DNA of 64,000 bases from Bacillota bacterium (GTDB lineage Bacteria > Sysuimicrobiota > Sysuimicrobiia > Sysuimicrobiales > Segetimicrobiaceae): assembly GCA_021324255.1 (NCBI GenBank), contig JAJPJL010000128.1, positions 26,422 to 90,421 of the forward strand. Direction: 5' to 3'. The notes beneath the pieces were generated by a model. The model did not search any database. It was not told the origin of the DNA and saw only the letters and a list, made by a program, of their open reading frames with translations. A program made the position numbers and the translations under genes. Of the stretch, positions 45,226 through 54,853 are shown one piece after another. Each line of letters opens with the position of its first letter. Position 1 is the stretch's first letter.

Positions 45226-46329
45226 GTGCCAGCGATCGAACTCCATGGAGTGGAAAAGCGCTTCGGGCCGGTGACCGCCGTCGGCGGTGTCACGCTGCGC
45301 GTTGCCGACAGCGAATTCGTGTCGATCCTGGGCCCGTCCGGATGCGGGAAGACGACTCTGCTCCGGCTGGTCGCCGGCTTTGAATCGCCGACGGCCGGGA
45401 CTATTCGTGTTGGCGACCGGCTCGTCAACGACGTCCGCGCCGGCGTATTCGTTCCGCCGCGCGAGCGGCGAATGGGCATGGTGTTCCAATCATATGCGCT
45501 GTGGCCGCACATGACGGTCTTCGAGAACGTGGCGTACCCTCTGCGCATGAAGCGGGTGTCCGCGCCTGAGCGCCACCGCAGCGTGACGGATGTGCTCCAG
45601 ACCCTCGGGCTCGGCCACATGGCGGCCCGGCATCCGGCTGAGCTCTCGGGGGGCGAGCAACAGCGCGTGGCGCTCGCGCGGGCCCTGGTCAGCAATCCCG
45701 ACATCCTGCTGCTCGATGAGCCCCTGTCCAACCTTGATGCGGCGCTGCGAGAGGCGATGCGCTTCGAGATCCGCGAGCTTCAGCGGCGCTTTGGGAGCAC
45801 GGTACTCTACGTGACGCACGACCAAGCCGAGGCATTGGCCATGTCCGACCGCGTGGCCGTGATGCGCGCCGGGGAACTCGTGCAGGTCGGATCGCCGACG
45901 GAGATCTACGACCACCCGGTCAACCGGTTCGTTGCCTCATTCGTCGGTCTGGTCAATTTTCTTCCGGTGCTGCTGGTGGACGAGACCCGTCTTGAGCCCG
46001 ACTGGACCGGCCGGATCCGGCTCCGGGGCCTGCCGGCGGAGCACGCCCCCATCGAGTGTACCCTCCCCCGCCGGCCCGACCGCCCCGAGTTCGTGCTCGT
46101 CGTGCGACCGGAGCACGTCCGGATCGAGCCGGGGGCGCAGGGATGGCCGGGTTCGGTGATCCGCACCGCGTACGGGGGGGAACGAGAAGACGTCTGGGTC
46201 CGGATAGGACCTCACGAAATCCGGGTCCGCAGGGACGCTCGGGACCATCGCATTCGGGCGGGCGACACCGTCGGTGTACGGGTGGCGCACGGATGGTTCC
46301 TCCCCCCGGAGACCCACCGCGCGCGCTGA
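45226..46329 (+). CDS. ABC transporter ATP-binding protein with C-terminal TOBE-like domain (FbpC/PotA-like)
   Basis: The GTG follows GGAGGTAAGTCGCG. Walker A reads GPSGCGKTT, the signature LSGGEQQRVALARAL, Walker B LLLDEPLSNLD, and the H-loop YVTHDQ. Confidence 0.85.
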   Translation: MPAIELHGVEKRFGPVTAVGGVTLRVADSEFVSILGPSGCGKTTLLRLVAGFESPTAGTIRVGDRLVNDVRAGVFVPPRERRMGMVFQSYALWPHMTVFENVAYPLRMKRVSAPERHRSVTDVLQTLGLGHMAARHPAELSGGEQQRVALARALVSNPDILLLDEPLSNLDAALREAMRFEIRELQRRFGSTVLYVTHDQAEALAMSDRVAVMRAGELVQVGSPTEIYDHPVNRFVASFVGLVNFLPVLLVDETRLEPDWTGRIRLRGLPAEHAPIECTLPRRPDRPEFVLVVRPEHVRIEPGAQGWPGSVIRTAYGGEREDVWVRIGPHEIRVRRDARDHRIRAGDTVGVRVAHGWFLPPETHRAR

Positions 46330-47486
46330 TGCGGCATTCGCGGCCGGCGATGGATGCGCGCGCCGCGCAGGTGGCCCTCGTCTCCGAGCCGGTGCGTCGA
46401 GCCTGCCGGATCATCGCTCGTGCGGTGCGCAGTCTGCGTGATCCACGCGTCCGCGAACACGTGCGGGACCTCCTCAGATATCCGCACCCCACCGCGCTCT
46501 CTCGATCGTGGGCCGCTTCTCAGGTCCGGTCGCGCTGGCGGCGATTGGTCGCAGCCGGGCTCTGTGTGCCGGCAGCGCGTACGGAAACGGACTTCCTCGC
46601 GCTCTACCAACCTCGCGCGATGCCGCCGGAGGCCGACGTTGCGTACTCGACCGGCGGGGTCGCCTTTGGACCCGAGTTGCTCGCTGCCCCGGGGGCGCAC
46701 GCGTCCCACCACGTGTACCCGGGTGGGCTCGTTTTACACACGGCGCTGAATCTCCAAGCGGCCCTCGCAATTCGCGCAGCGATCGGAGCAGCCGGCGCTG
46801 CCACCGTGGCCTTGGACGACATTATCGCAGCCCAAGTGCTGCACGACGTGATGAAGGCCCACCTCCTGCGCTGGCGGCCGGACGGCCATCCTTCAACAGA
46901 GCCCCGGGTGGCAACTACGTGGCTGCACCATATCCTCATCCTGGCCGAAGGACTCCTGCGGCGGTTTCCGGCCCGCGCGCTCTTGGCCATCGCGAGCGTC
47001 CACGCAGACCCATCCGTCGATCCACGCAAGGTCGCCGGGTTTCTCCACGCAGCGGCGTTGGTGGCGGGGCTGGATCCGGGATCGACGCAACTTCTTCGAG
47101 CGATCGGGGCCTCCGGCGCCGCGCGCGGCCCGGGCACCTGGGTCCTCGCCCTTCGCCCTTCAACCACGGACTGGATCGCTCGCGCCGCGGAGGAGGTATG
47201 GCGGACGCCCTCGATCGCGACGCTCAGGCAAGTCCGACGCGCCCTCCGCGCAGCGGCGCGACAGGGAGATCTGGGACCGGACTGGCCATCTCCGGGAACG
47301 TCAGCCGAACGGTGGGCGCAGAACTTCGTGCTCACCATGAGAACGGAGTTCACGCTTGCGGCAGCCTTGCCCGGGACGCGAGGCAAATTCGCCGAGCACG
47401 TTCGCGGAGCGACCGAGGACCTCCAGGCTCAACGCCTGTGGCCCCGTCAGCGCTCCTCGGATCTACGACCGCGTACTTCGCGCTAG
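46329..47486 (+). CDS. hypothetical protein, possible HD-domain phosphohydrolase
   Basis: The ATG overlaps the ATPase stop (TGATG). Candidate metal ligands are present: HASHHVYPGGLVLHT and an HD dyad in AAQVLHDVMKAHL. Confidence 0.45.
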   Translation: MRHSRPAMDARAAQVALVSEPVRRACRIIARAVRSLRDPRVREHVRDLLRYPHPTALSRSWAASQVRSRWRRLVAAGLCVPAARTETDFLALYQPRAMPPEADVAYSTGGVAFGPELLAAPGAHASHHVYPGGLVLHTALNLQAALAIRAAIGAAGAATVALDDIIAAQVLHDVMKAHLLRWRPDGHPSTEPRVATTWLHHILILAEGLLRRFPARALLAIASVHADPSVDPRKVAGFLHAAALVAGLDPGSTQLLRAIGASGAARGPGTWVLALRPSTTDWIARAAEEVWRTPSIATLRQVRRALRAAARQGDLGPDWPSPGTSAERWAQNFVLTMRTEFTLAAALPGTRGKFAEHVRGATEDLQAQRLWPRQRSSDLRPRTSR

Positions 47487-47705
47487 GTCGTGCGTGCTCT
47501 CTCGAGACGTGCAGGCTATGTCCGCCGTTCCACTTCGGCTTCGGTGGCAGGGATTGGCCTCGGGCATGTGTAAACCCTTGACACGTTATCGATGCCATTC
47601 CGACAAAAATTCACCTCTACGACCGCGTTGCCGGCGCAAAGAACATCGGGAGCCTTGACCGGCAGGCCGGATCCGCCGAATCGCCTTCTTTGGGGGGTGA
47701 ACTGA

Positions 47706-49103
47706 ATGGCCACACCGCCGGGTGGTTCGACATGGCGGAGCGCTGCGGCGATTGCGCTCGCGACTGTGATCGCGCTCACGTCCCTAACGCTGGGAATATC
47801 TCAGACGTCTGTGGCGGCGCCGCCCGTGCACCTCACCGCCTGGACCATCGGACCAGACGAACCATCGTATTACCGGAAGGACAATCTGGTGACCGCGGTC
47901 GATGAGCTGAACAAGCAACTCGCCGCGCAAGGAGGCAGCGAGCAGGTCGCGCTCGAGGCCACGTTCGTCACCGGCGGCGGCGAGGCGTGGGGGGCCTATA
48001 AGCAGCGGTTCGTGCTCGCGGCGCAGTCGGGCAAGGCGCCGGACATCGTGGCGACCGGCGAGGAGGACATCGCCGCGTGGGCGGCCGCCGGCTACGTCGC
48101 GCCCCTCGATGCGTACGTCAAGAAGTATGCGCAGTTCGCCGACGTCATTTCGACGCTCTGGAACGCGACGAAGTACGACGGCAGGATCTACGCGATCCCC
48201 CAGGACGTCGAGGCCCGGCCGCTCTACTTCAACATGCCGCTGCTCGAGAAACTGGGCTGGAGCCGGGAGAAGGCGGCGGGCCTGCCCAAGGCGATCGAGG
48301 CGGGACAGTTCACTCTGACCGACCTGCTAAAGACCGCTAAGGACGCGCAGGACAAGAACCTGGTCGCGGCCGGGCACGGCTGGTGGATCCGGCCGATCAA
48401 CGGGCCGGACTACTACATGTACTACGAGGCGTTCGGTGGCCGGATGTCGGATGCGAGTGGGAAGCTCCTGCTCGACACGAAGGCCCTGCGGAACGAGTAC
48501 ACGTTCTTCCACGATGCCGTCGACACGTACAAGGTGACGCCCAAGGATATCATCGGGACCGATTGGAACAGCTGGCACCAAGTCGTCGTTGACCGGCAGG
48601 TCCTCTTCACACAGTGCGGGACGTGGTGCTGGGCGCAGTGGCTCAAGCAGTATAAGATGCCGGCCGATGTGCTGCAGGCGACGTACGGGTTCGCGCTCGT
48701 ACCGCCGGGCGAACGGGGAGGACGGCCCATCACGCTCAGCCACCCGATCGTCTACATGATCAGCAAGGACTCACAGCACGCCGATCTCGCGGCGCGCATC
48801 CTTGCGCTGGCCACGACGCCTGCGCTCAACGCGCGGCACGCCGTTGCCAGCGGTCACCTGGCCATCCTGCAGGATGAGGCGAAGGTCCCGCAGTACGCGC
48901 AGGACCGCTTCGCCGCGGCCACCACCTACATGCTGAAGTACACGACGTTCCTGCCCAACAACAAGGACTTCGGCACCTACGACCAGGCGATGTGGCTCGG
49001 CCTGTCCGCCGTCATCGCCGGGCAGATGTCGCCCGACCAGGCCGTGCAGACGGTAACCCAGCAGATGCGCACCAACCTGGGCGACAACGTTGTGATCCGG
49101 TAG
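47706..49103 (+). CDS. sugar ABC transporter substrate-binding protein (family 1)
   Basis: A signal peptide (STWRSAAAIALATVIALTSLTLGISQTSVAA) is present. The Trp/Tyr-rich core of carbohydrate SBPs is present (WNATKYDGRIYAIPQD, YYMYYEAFGG). Confidence 0.8.
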   Translation: MATPPGGSTWRSAAAIALATVIALTSLTLGISQTSVAAPPVHLTAWTIGPDEPSYYRKDNLVTAVDELNKQLAAQGGSEQVALEATFVTGGGEAWGAYKQRFVLAAQSGKAPDIVATGEEDIAAWAAAGYVAPLDAYVKKYAQFADVISTLWNATKYDGRIYAIPQDVEARPLYFNMPLLEKLGWSREKAAGLPKAIEAGQFTLTDLLKTAKDAQDKNLVAAGHGWWIRPINGPDYYMYYEAFGGRMSDASGKLLLDTKALRNEYTFFHDAVDTYKVTPKDIIGTDWNSWHQVVVDRQVLFTQCGTWCWAQWLKQYKMPADVLQATYGFALVPPGERGGRPITLSHPIVYMISKDSQHADLAARILALATTPALNARHAVASGHLAILQDEAKVPQYAQDRFAAATTYMLKYTTFLPNNKDFGTYDQAMWLGLSAVIAGQMSPDQAVQTVTQQMRTNLGDNVVIR

Positions 49104-49110
49104 GCGCTTC

Positions 49111-50079
49111 GTGGGAGCCCTCGAGGCGGCGCCGGCGCCGCGGCGGCGGGGCGCGGTTCGCGACGTGCTCCGCGGGGCGGCGTCTCCCGTGTTGTTCCTC
49201 GGGCCGGCCGTCCTCTTGATCGCCGCGCTGTTCCTCGCCCCGGCGGTCGTCACCGTCGTCATCAGCCTGACCAACCTCAGTGTGGCGACCGGCCTGACGC
49301 ACTACCGCTGGATCGGGGTCGCCAACTACGGACAGATCGCCCACAGCCCATGGCTGGTGCTGGTGCTTCGCAACACGGTGCTGTACGTGGCGGCTACGCT
49401 CGTGCTGTTCAACGTCGGGTTCGCGCTGGTGCTCGCGATCCTGACCGCGCATCTGTCGGAACGCGCGGCGGGAGTGTTCCGGGTCCTCTGGATGCTGCCG
49501 AGGATCACCCCGTCGGTGATCCTCGCCTTGATGTGGCGGTGGTTCGCTGCCGAACCTCCCTACGGGACGGTGAGCCAGGTCCTGGGGTTGGTCGGGATCC
49601 CGGGGCACAACTGGATGAACGCGCACCCGTGGGCGTTCGTCGTGGCGCTGAACGGCTTCGTCGGTGCGTCGTTCGGGATGATCATCTTCTCGTCCGCGAT
49701 CGCCGGGATCCCGCGCGACCAGTATCTGGCGGCGCAGGTAGACGGTGCGTCGGCGTGGCAGCAGGTCTGGCGCATCACCCTGCCGCGGCTCCGGTGGCCG
49801 ATTCTGTTCGTCACCGCGTACCAGACGCTGTCGCTGCTGACGTCGTTCGAGTACATCCTGCTGACGACCAACGGCGGGCCGGGTTTCTACACGACCGAGG
49901 TGTGGTCGCTCTACGCGTTCCACCTCGCGCTGTCCAACTACTTCGGCAACACCCAGTTTGGTCTGGGCGCGGCGCTGGCCGCGGTGCTCGTTGTGCTGGG
50001 GCTCGGCGCGTCGCTCGTTTACCTGCGCGTGTTCCGGTTCGGCGAACTCGTTGCCGCGCCGCGGATCGAGGTCAACTGA
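49111..50079 (+). CDS. sugar ABC transporter permease (MalF/UgpA-like)
   Basis: The GTG start is at 49111. It has six TM helices. The EAA loop reads YLAAQVDGASAWQQVWRITLPRLRWPILFV. Confidence 0.8.
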   Translation: MGALEAAPAPRRRGAVRDVLRGAASPVLFLGPAVLLIAALFLAPAVVTVVISLTNLSVATGLTHYRWIGVANYGQIAHSPWLVLVLRNTVLYVAATLVLFNVGFALVLAILTAHLSERAAGVFRVLWMLPRITPSVILALMWRWFAAEPPYGTVSQVLGLVGIPGHNWMNAHPWAFVVALNGFVGASFGMIIFSSAIAGIPRDQYLAAQVDGASAWQQVWRITLPRLRWPILFVTAYQTLSLLTSFEYILLTTNGGPGFYTTEVWSLYAFHLALSNYFGNTQFGLGAALAAVLVVLGLGASLVYLRVFRFGELVAAPRIEVN

Positions 50080-50092
50080 TGGGGCGGCCGCG

Positions 50093-50926
50093 ATGACGCC
50101 GGATGCCGTCGGACCGCACGGGCGATGGGGCGTTACAGGGGCGCTCGTCATCCTGACGGCGCCGATCATCGTGCTCTACGGCTGGCTGCTCCTTGCCTCG
50201 TTCAGCGTGACGATCACCGGTCTCGTCCCGCACGGCCTGACGCTCGCCAACTGGCGGTTTCTCTGGCAAACGCTGCCGAACGAAGCCAACGCCTGGGTCG
50301 CCGCGGGTAACTCCCTGACCTTCGCGGTCACGGTGGCGGTGTTTGAGGTGCTGGTGGGCGCGATGGCGGCGTACGCGCTGTCGCGCCTCACGTTTCCGGG
50401 GCGCGGCCTGTTTCTGGGCTCGACGATCGTGCTGCACTCGTTCCCCAGTGTGACGCTCCTCATTGCGATCTTCTTGATCCTGCGCGCACTCGGACTCTAC
50501 GATCGGTTGGCCGGGGTTATTTTGGTCAAGCTCGCGCTTGATCTGCCGCTCGGGATTTGGATCATGAAAGGCTTCTTCGACGGGGTCCCATGGGACGTTG
50601 AGATGGCGGCCCTCGTGGACGGGTACTCGCGGATCCGGGTGTGGTGGAAGGTAATGCTGCCCCTGATCCGCCCCGGGCTGTTCGCGTTCGCGATCTTCGC
50701 GTTCCTGAGCGGCTGGAACGAGTTCCTGCTCCCGTACGTGTTGCTGCCGAGCCAGGGCTCGCAGACGCTGTCGGTGCTGATGGCGAGCCTGTCGGGCGAG
50801 GAGCGGTTTGCGGATTACGGGCTCGTGACGGCGCTGAGTGTCTTTTATATCCTGCCCGCGGTGGCGGTGTTCGCGCTCACCCAGCGGTACTTGCTCCGGA
50901 TCTTTTCGGGAGGAGTAAAGGGGTAG
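50093..50926 (+). CDS. sugar ABC transporter permease (MalG/UgpE-like)
   Basis: The ATG at 50093 lies 14 nt after the upstream stop. The EAA loop reads EMAALVDGYSRIRVWWKVMLPLIRPGLFAF. Confidence 0.8.
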   Translation: MTPDAVGPHGRWGVTGALVILTAPIIVLYGWLLLASFSVTITGLVPHGLTLANWRFLWQTLPNEANAWVAAGNSLTFAVTVAVFEVLVGAMAAYALSRLTFPGRGLFLGSTIVLHSFPSVTLLIAIFLILRALGLYDRLAGVILVKLALDLPLGIWIMKGFFDGVPWDVEMAALVDGYSRIRVWWKVMLPLIRPGLFAFAIFAFLSGWNEFLLPYVLLPSQGSQTLSVLMASLSGEERFADYGLVTALSVFYILPAVAVFALTQRYLLRIFSGGVKG

Positions 50927-50976
50927 GCGCGAGGCTGGACCGCACTGCGCGCGCTCGGAGGGGTTACGAGCCGGTC

Positions 50977-52047
50977 ATGGACGTCGTGCTGGAGCACGTG
51001 GGCAAGCAGTTCGGACGCGTCACGGCCGTGGAGGGCGTTTCCCTGACCGTGGGGGAGGGCGAACTGGTGGCGCTCCTGGGACCCTCCGGTTGCGGCAAGT
51101 CCACGACGCTGTTCCTGGTCGCCGGTCTCTACCGGCCCACGTCCGGACGCATCCTGTTCGGCGGTCGCGTGGTAAACGACGCGACCCCGCAGGAGCGCGG
51201 GGTGGGCATGGTGTTTCAGAGTTACGCGCTGTACCCTCACCTGACGGTCTTCGAGAACATCGCCTTCCCGCTGCGAGTTCGTCGCAGCCGCGGCGCCCAG
51301 ATCGCCGAGCGCGTGCGCCGCGTGGCCGATCTGGTCGGTATCGCCGAGCTCCTGCCGCGGCGCCCGGCGCAGCTGTCCGGCGGGCAGCAGCAGCGCGTCG
51401 CCCTGTGCAGAGCGCTGGTCAAAGAACCCGCGGTCCTGCTGCTCGACGAGCCCCTTTCCAACTTGGACGCCCGGCTGCGCGAGGCAACGCGCGCGGAGAT
51501 CCGCCGGCTCCAGCGCGAACTCGGGATCACGACACTCTTCGTCTCGCACGATCAGGCGGAGGCGCTCAGCATCGCCGACCGCGTCGGCGTCATGCACGGC
51601 GGCCGGCTGATCGCGGTGATGACGCCCGCGGATCTCTACGAGCGCCCGCCGTCCCGGTTCATCGCCGAGTTCATCGGAACGCCGCCGATGAACTTCCTCG
51701 AGGCCCGCGTCGAGGATGGCCGCCTGGCGGTGGCGGGGGTGATGCCGCGCCCGCTCGCACACCCCGTCCCTCCCGGGACCTATTTGCTCGGCGTCCGGCC
51801 GGAGCACCTGGAACTGGCCGCAGACGGCGACTTGCGCGCCGAGGTGTTTCTGGTCGAGCAGATGGGTCGGGAATGGCTGGTCCACGCCGCCTGCGGCGAT
51901 GCGTCCCTGCGGTTGCTTACGGGCGCCGGCGCCGCCGTCGCCGTGGGGTCGCGCGTCTCGCTGCGCCTCCTCTGGCGTCGGGCGCACCTGTTCGATTCGC
52001 AGAGCGGCGCCGCCGTTCCGTTCGGCCTGGCGGACGACCCTCGGTGA
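50977..52047 (+). CDS. sugar ABC transporter ATP-binding protein (MalK/UgpC-like, C-terminal TOBE domain)
   Basis: Walker A reads GPSGCGKST, the signature LSGGQQQRVALCRAL, Walker B LLLDEPLSNLD, and the H-loop FVSHDQ. The C-terminal regulatory domain follows. Confidence 0.85.
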   Translation: MDVVLEHVGKQFGRVTAVEGVSLTVGEGELVALLGPSGCGKSTTLFLVAGLYRPTSGRILFGGRVVNDATPQERGVGMVFQSYALYPHLTVFENIAFPLRVRRSRGAQIAERVRRVADLVGIAELLPRRPAQLSGGQQQRVALCRALVKEPAVLLLDEPLSNLDARLREATRAEIRRLQRELGITTLFVSHDQAEALSIADRVGVMHGGRLIAVMTPADLYERPPSRFIAEFIGTPPMNFLEARVEDGRLAVAGVMPRPLAHPVPPGTYLLGVRPEHLELAADGDLRAEVFLVEQMGREWLVHAACGDASLRLLTGAGAAVAVGSRVSLRLLWRRAHLFDSQSGAAVPFGLADDPR

Positions 52048-52991
52048 CGGCGCAGGATCGTGAGCGGGCGGCGGCGGGGCAACATGCGCCCGCGGGCGGG
52101 CCCGTGGGCCGTGAGGACGCCCTCGACCGCGCTGTGCGAACGCTTCTCGAGGCGGCGGTGGCTGCAGACCGGGGTGACGCACGGCGCGAAAGCCACCCAA
52201 TGATCGAGGCGGCGGCCGCGGCGTTGCGGGCCCTCATCGCGTCGCGTCCGGGTGACGCCCGGTGCCTGGAGCAGCTTGCCATTCTCGAGCACAACGTCGG
52301 GCGACTGAACGCGGCGCGCGCTCTGTACGGGGAGGTCAACCGCCTCGATCCGCCCCGCCCGCCGGATGACCGCCAGCGCCGGGCCGTGGACCGTCTCGCG
52401 CCGCTGGTCCTGACGACGGCGGCCGAGTGCTTCGCGCTGCGCGACTGCGCGGCGATTCACCATCCGTCTGTTCCAGTCGTCGCCTACCACTTCTTCTGGG
52501 AGGACGACTGGGACTACCCTGACGACGACGAGCCGTGCGACCATGAGATCGCCTGGGTGCGCTACCGGCCGGACGACGGCATGCCGGTCGAGGTCACCAC
52601 CTACTTTCATGGGCGCCTCCTCACGAGTGAGCCTCCGTCGCCCGAGGCGCGTCCGGCGGTCCGCGTGCAGTGGGGGACACATGGGACGCTGCCTGCGGGA
52701 TGGGAGAGAATCGCCGGTGTCGAGGCCGCGCTCCGGCGCGGCTTCGACGCGTCTCTGCGTGGAGGACGCGTGCCCGACCATCCCCGCAAACGGCGATGGC
52801 CGCCGCGCTTCCCGGGATTGTGGCCCGACTACGTCCGGTTCGATCGCGCGGTGGATTCGCTGCTCCCGCTCCACCGCGAGGGGTGGATCGCCACCGGCCG
52901 TTTTGCGAATGCGATCCTCCACGATCTATTCGTACCGTACAACTTTCACGCGAAGCGGGAGTGGCCCGACGACGGCTTCGTCAACTTGTAA
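52044..52991 (+). CDS. hypothetical protein translationally coupled to ABC ATPase
   Basis: The GTG start overlaps the ATPase stop (GTGA). The protein is acidic and Trp-rich (YHFFWEDDWDYPDDDEPCDHEIAWVRYRPDDG). No domain was recognised. Confidence 0.5.
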   Translation: MTAQDRERAAAGQHAPAGGPVGREDALDRAVRTLLEAAVAADRGDARRESHPMIEAAAAALRALIASRPGDARCLEQLAILEHNVGRLNAARALYGEVNRLDPPRPPDDRQRRAVDRLAPLVLTTAAECFALRDCAAIHHPSVPVVAYHFFWEDDWDYPDDDEPCDHEIAWVRYRPDDGMPVEVTTYFHGRLLTSEPPSPEARPAVRVQWGTHGTLPAGWERIAGVEAALRRGFDASLRGGRVPDHPRKRRWPPRFPGLWPDYVRFDRAVDSLLPLHREGWIATGRFANAILHDLFVPYNFHAKREWPDDGFVNL

Positions 52992-53009
52992 CGCGGAAAG
53001 GAGCCCGTA

Positions 53010-53900
53010 ATGGCGAGAGCCGCGGCGGGCCGGGCACTCGAGTCCGGCAGCATTCGCGGGCACGCGGTCTCAGCGAGAATCCGCAGCGTCCAGTCATCCC
53101 TGAGCCGGTCCGAGGGCGCGGTGGCCACCTTCGTGCTGGCCGAATCGGCGACGGCGCTGGGCATGGGGATCAAGGCGATGGCTCGGCGCACACGGGTGAG
53201 CACGGCGACCGTGCTGCGCTTTTGCCGGACCCTCGGGTTTGCCGGCTACGCGGACTTCAAGATCGCCCTTGCCGTGGAGGCGGGTCGGTCGCCGGCGGTG
53301 CTATCCGAAGATGTGCGCGCCGAGGACACCCCGATGCAGATCGCCCGCAAGGTGCTGCAGGCCGACATGCAGGCGATCGCGCACACATTGGAGCTCTTGG
53401 ACGAGACCGCGCTGAACAAAGCCGTAGGGGCCCTGCGCGCGGCGCGCCGGATCGAGATCTACGGCGTGGGGTCGAGTGCGCCCGTCGCCGTGGATGCCTA
53501 CTACCGGCTGCTCCGGATCGGGTTTCGCGTCGCCGTCGTCACGGACTCGCACATGCAGGCCGTGAGCGCGGCCCTCCTCCAGCCCGGCGATGTCGCGTTC
53601 GTGATCTCCCACACCGGGCGGACCCGCGAAACGCTCGAGGCCGCTCGGAACGCCCGCGAGCAGGGCGCGACGGTCATCGCGCTTACCTCGTTTCTGCGCG
53701 CGCCGATCCGGGCGGTCGCGAACATCCTCCTCGTGACTGCGACCGCCGAGACGGCGTTTCGGGTCGAGGCGATGGCGTCGCGGATTGCCCACCTGTCCTT
53801 GGTCGACACGCTGTACGTTGCGCTCGCGACGCGCTCCTTGGAGGGCGCGCTCGCCACCTTGGCGCGGACCACCGCCATTATCGAGCGGCGGCGTGTGTGA
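53010..53900 (+). CDS. RpiR/MurR-family transcriptional regulator (HTH + SIS)
   Basis: RBS GGAAAGGAG precedes the ATG. The HTH reads MGIKAMARRTRVSTATVLRFCRTLGFAGYADFKIAL. The SIS domain reads IEIYGVGSSAPVAVDAYYRL...VISHTGRTRETLEAARNAREQGATVIALTS. Confidence 0.8.
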   Translation: MARAAAGRALESGSIRGHAVSARIRSVQSSLSRSEGAVATFVLAESATALGMGIKAMARRTRVSTATVLRFCRTLGFAGYADFKIALAVEAGRSPAVLSEDVRAEDTPMQIARKVLQADMQAIAHTLELLDETALNKAVGALRAARRIEIYGVGSSAPVAVDAYYRLLRIGFRVAVVTDSHMQAVSAALLQPGDVAFVISHTGRTRETLEAARNAREQGATVIALTSFLRAPIRAVANILLVTATAETAFRVEAMASRIAHLSLVDTLYVALATRSLEGALATLARTTAIIERRRV

Positions 53901-54031
53901 CCGCCGGCTCCCGGGAGCGTCATGACCCATCGGTTGGGGCTGGCACTGATCGCCGATATCCATCACGGCCATCTGACCCAAACCAAGGCCGGTCCTTGCG
54001 CGTTGCCCCTGCTGGCGCAGTAGTGTCCCAG

Positions 54032-54490
54032 ATGGATGCGGGCGCGGTGGAACCGTCCGAGCGTGTGCTCGCGGGCGTGCGCGGGGTGATGCTCGACCTC
54101 GACGGGGTCGTCTACAGAGAGGACACCCTGCTCCCGGGTGCGCCGGAGTTTGTGTCGTTCGTGCGGCGGACCTGCCGGCGTCTCGTCGCGGTAACCAATA
54201 ACTCTGCACGGTCGGCCGCGGAGTACGCGGAGAAGCTGGGCCGGCTCGACGTGCCCATCCCCGAAGAGGACATCATTACATCGGCTTGGGCTACCGCCCA
54301 GTATCTCCGGCGTCACCATCGGGGCGCACGCGTTCTTGTGGTGGGGAGCCCGGCTCTGAAACGCGAGTTGCGGGCAGCGGGGCTGGTCGAATCTCGCGAC
54401 CCCGAGTACGTGGTCGTACATGTGCCGGCACCGCGCCGGGCCCACCTCTTACACCAACCTTGCAGGAGCGGCCCGTGGAGCATGGTGTGA
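54032..54490 (+). pseudogene. truncated HAD-IIA (NagD-like) hydrolase: N-terminal about 130 aa only
   Basis: GVMLDLDGVVYREDTLLPGAPEFV...LVAVTNNSARSAAEYAEKLGRLDVPIPEEDIITS is the N-terminal half of NagD-type phosphatases. The C-terminal cap and motifs III/IV are absent; the frame ends in 20 unrelated codons. The TA island begins directly downstream. Confidence 0.5.
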
Positions 54491-54582
54491 GGCGACGAGC
54501 GGCTGCTCGCGAGTACCGGCATCGTAGGCCAGGCGGGAACTGCGGGGCACCGACCTCCCCAGGTCGTGCTGCGAAGAGTCGA

Positions 54583-54616
54583 TTGACGGGACGATATCGT
54601 CCATTATACTCATGGT
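54583..54616 (+). promoter_or_regulatory. promoter of MazE-like antitoxin with palindromic operator; transcript predicted leaderless
   Basis: TTGACG, a 16-nt spacer containing the perfect palindrome GGACGATATCGTCC, then TATACT. Only 6 nt separate the -10 from the ATG at 54617, and there is no SD. Confidence 0.5.
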
Positions 54617-54853
54617 ATGAAAGTTGCCGTCTCTATTCCTGATGCGGTGTTTGCGGAGACCGAGCAGTTGGCGCGCCGCATGAAACGCACCCGAAGCGAC
54701 GTCTACAGTCGAGCGCTGGCCGAGTATGTCGCGCGGCACGCACCCGACCGCGTGACGGAAGGTCTCAACCGGGCATTGGCGGAGATCCAAGAATCGCCCG
54801 ACCAGTTTGTGCGCACGGCGTCACGCCGGCTGCTGCGACGGAGTCGCTGGTGA
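54617..54853 (+). CDS. ribbon-helix-helix antitoxin (MazE/CopG-like)
   Basis: MKVAVSIPDAVFAETEQLARRMKRTRSDVYSRALAEYV is an RHH fold (beta-strand then two helices). It overlaps the toxin start. Confidence 0.75.
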   Translation: MKVAVSIPDAVFAETEQLARRMKRTRSDVYSRALAEYVARHAPDRVTEGLNRALAEIQESPDQFVRTASRRLLRRSRW

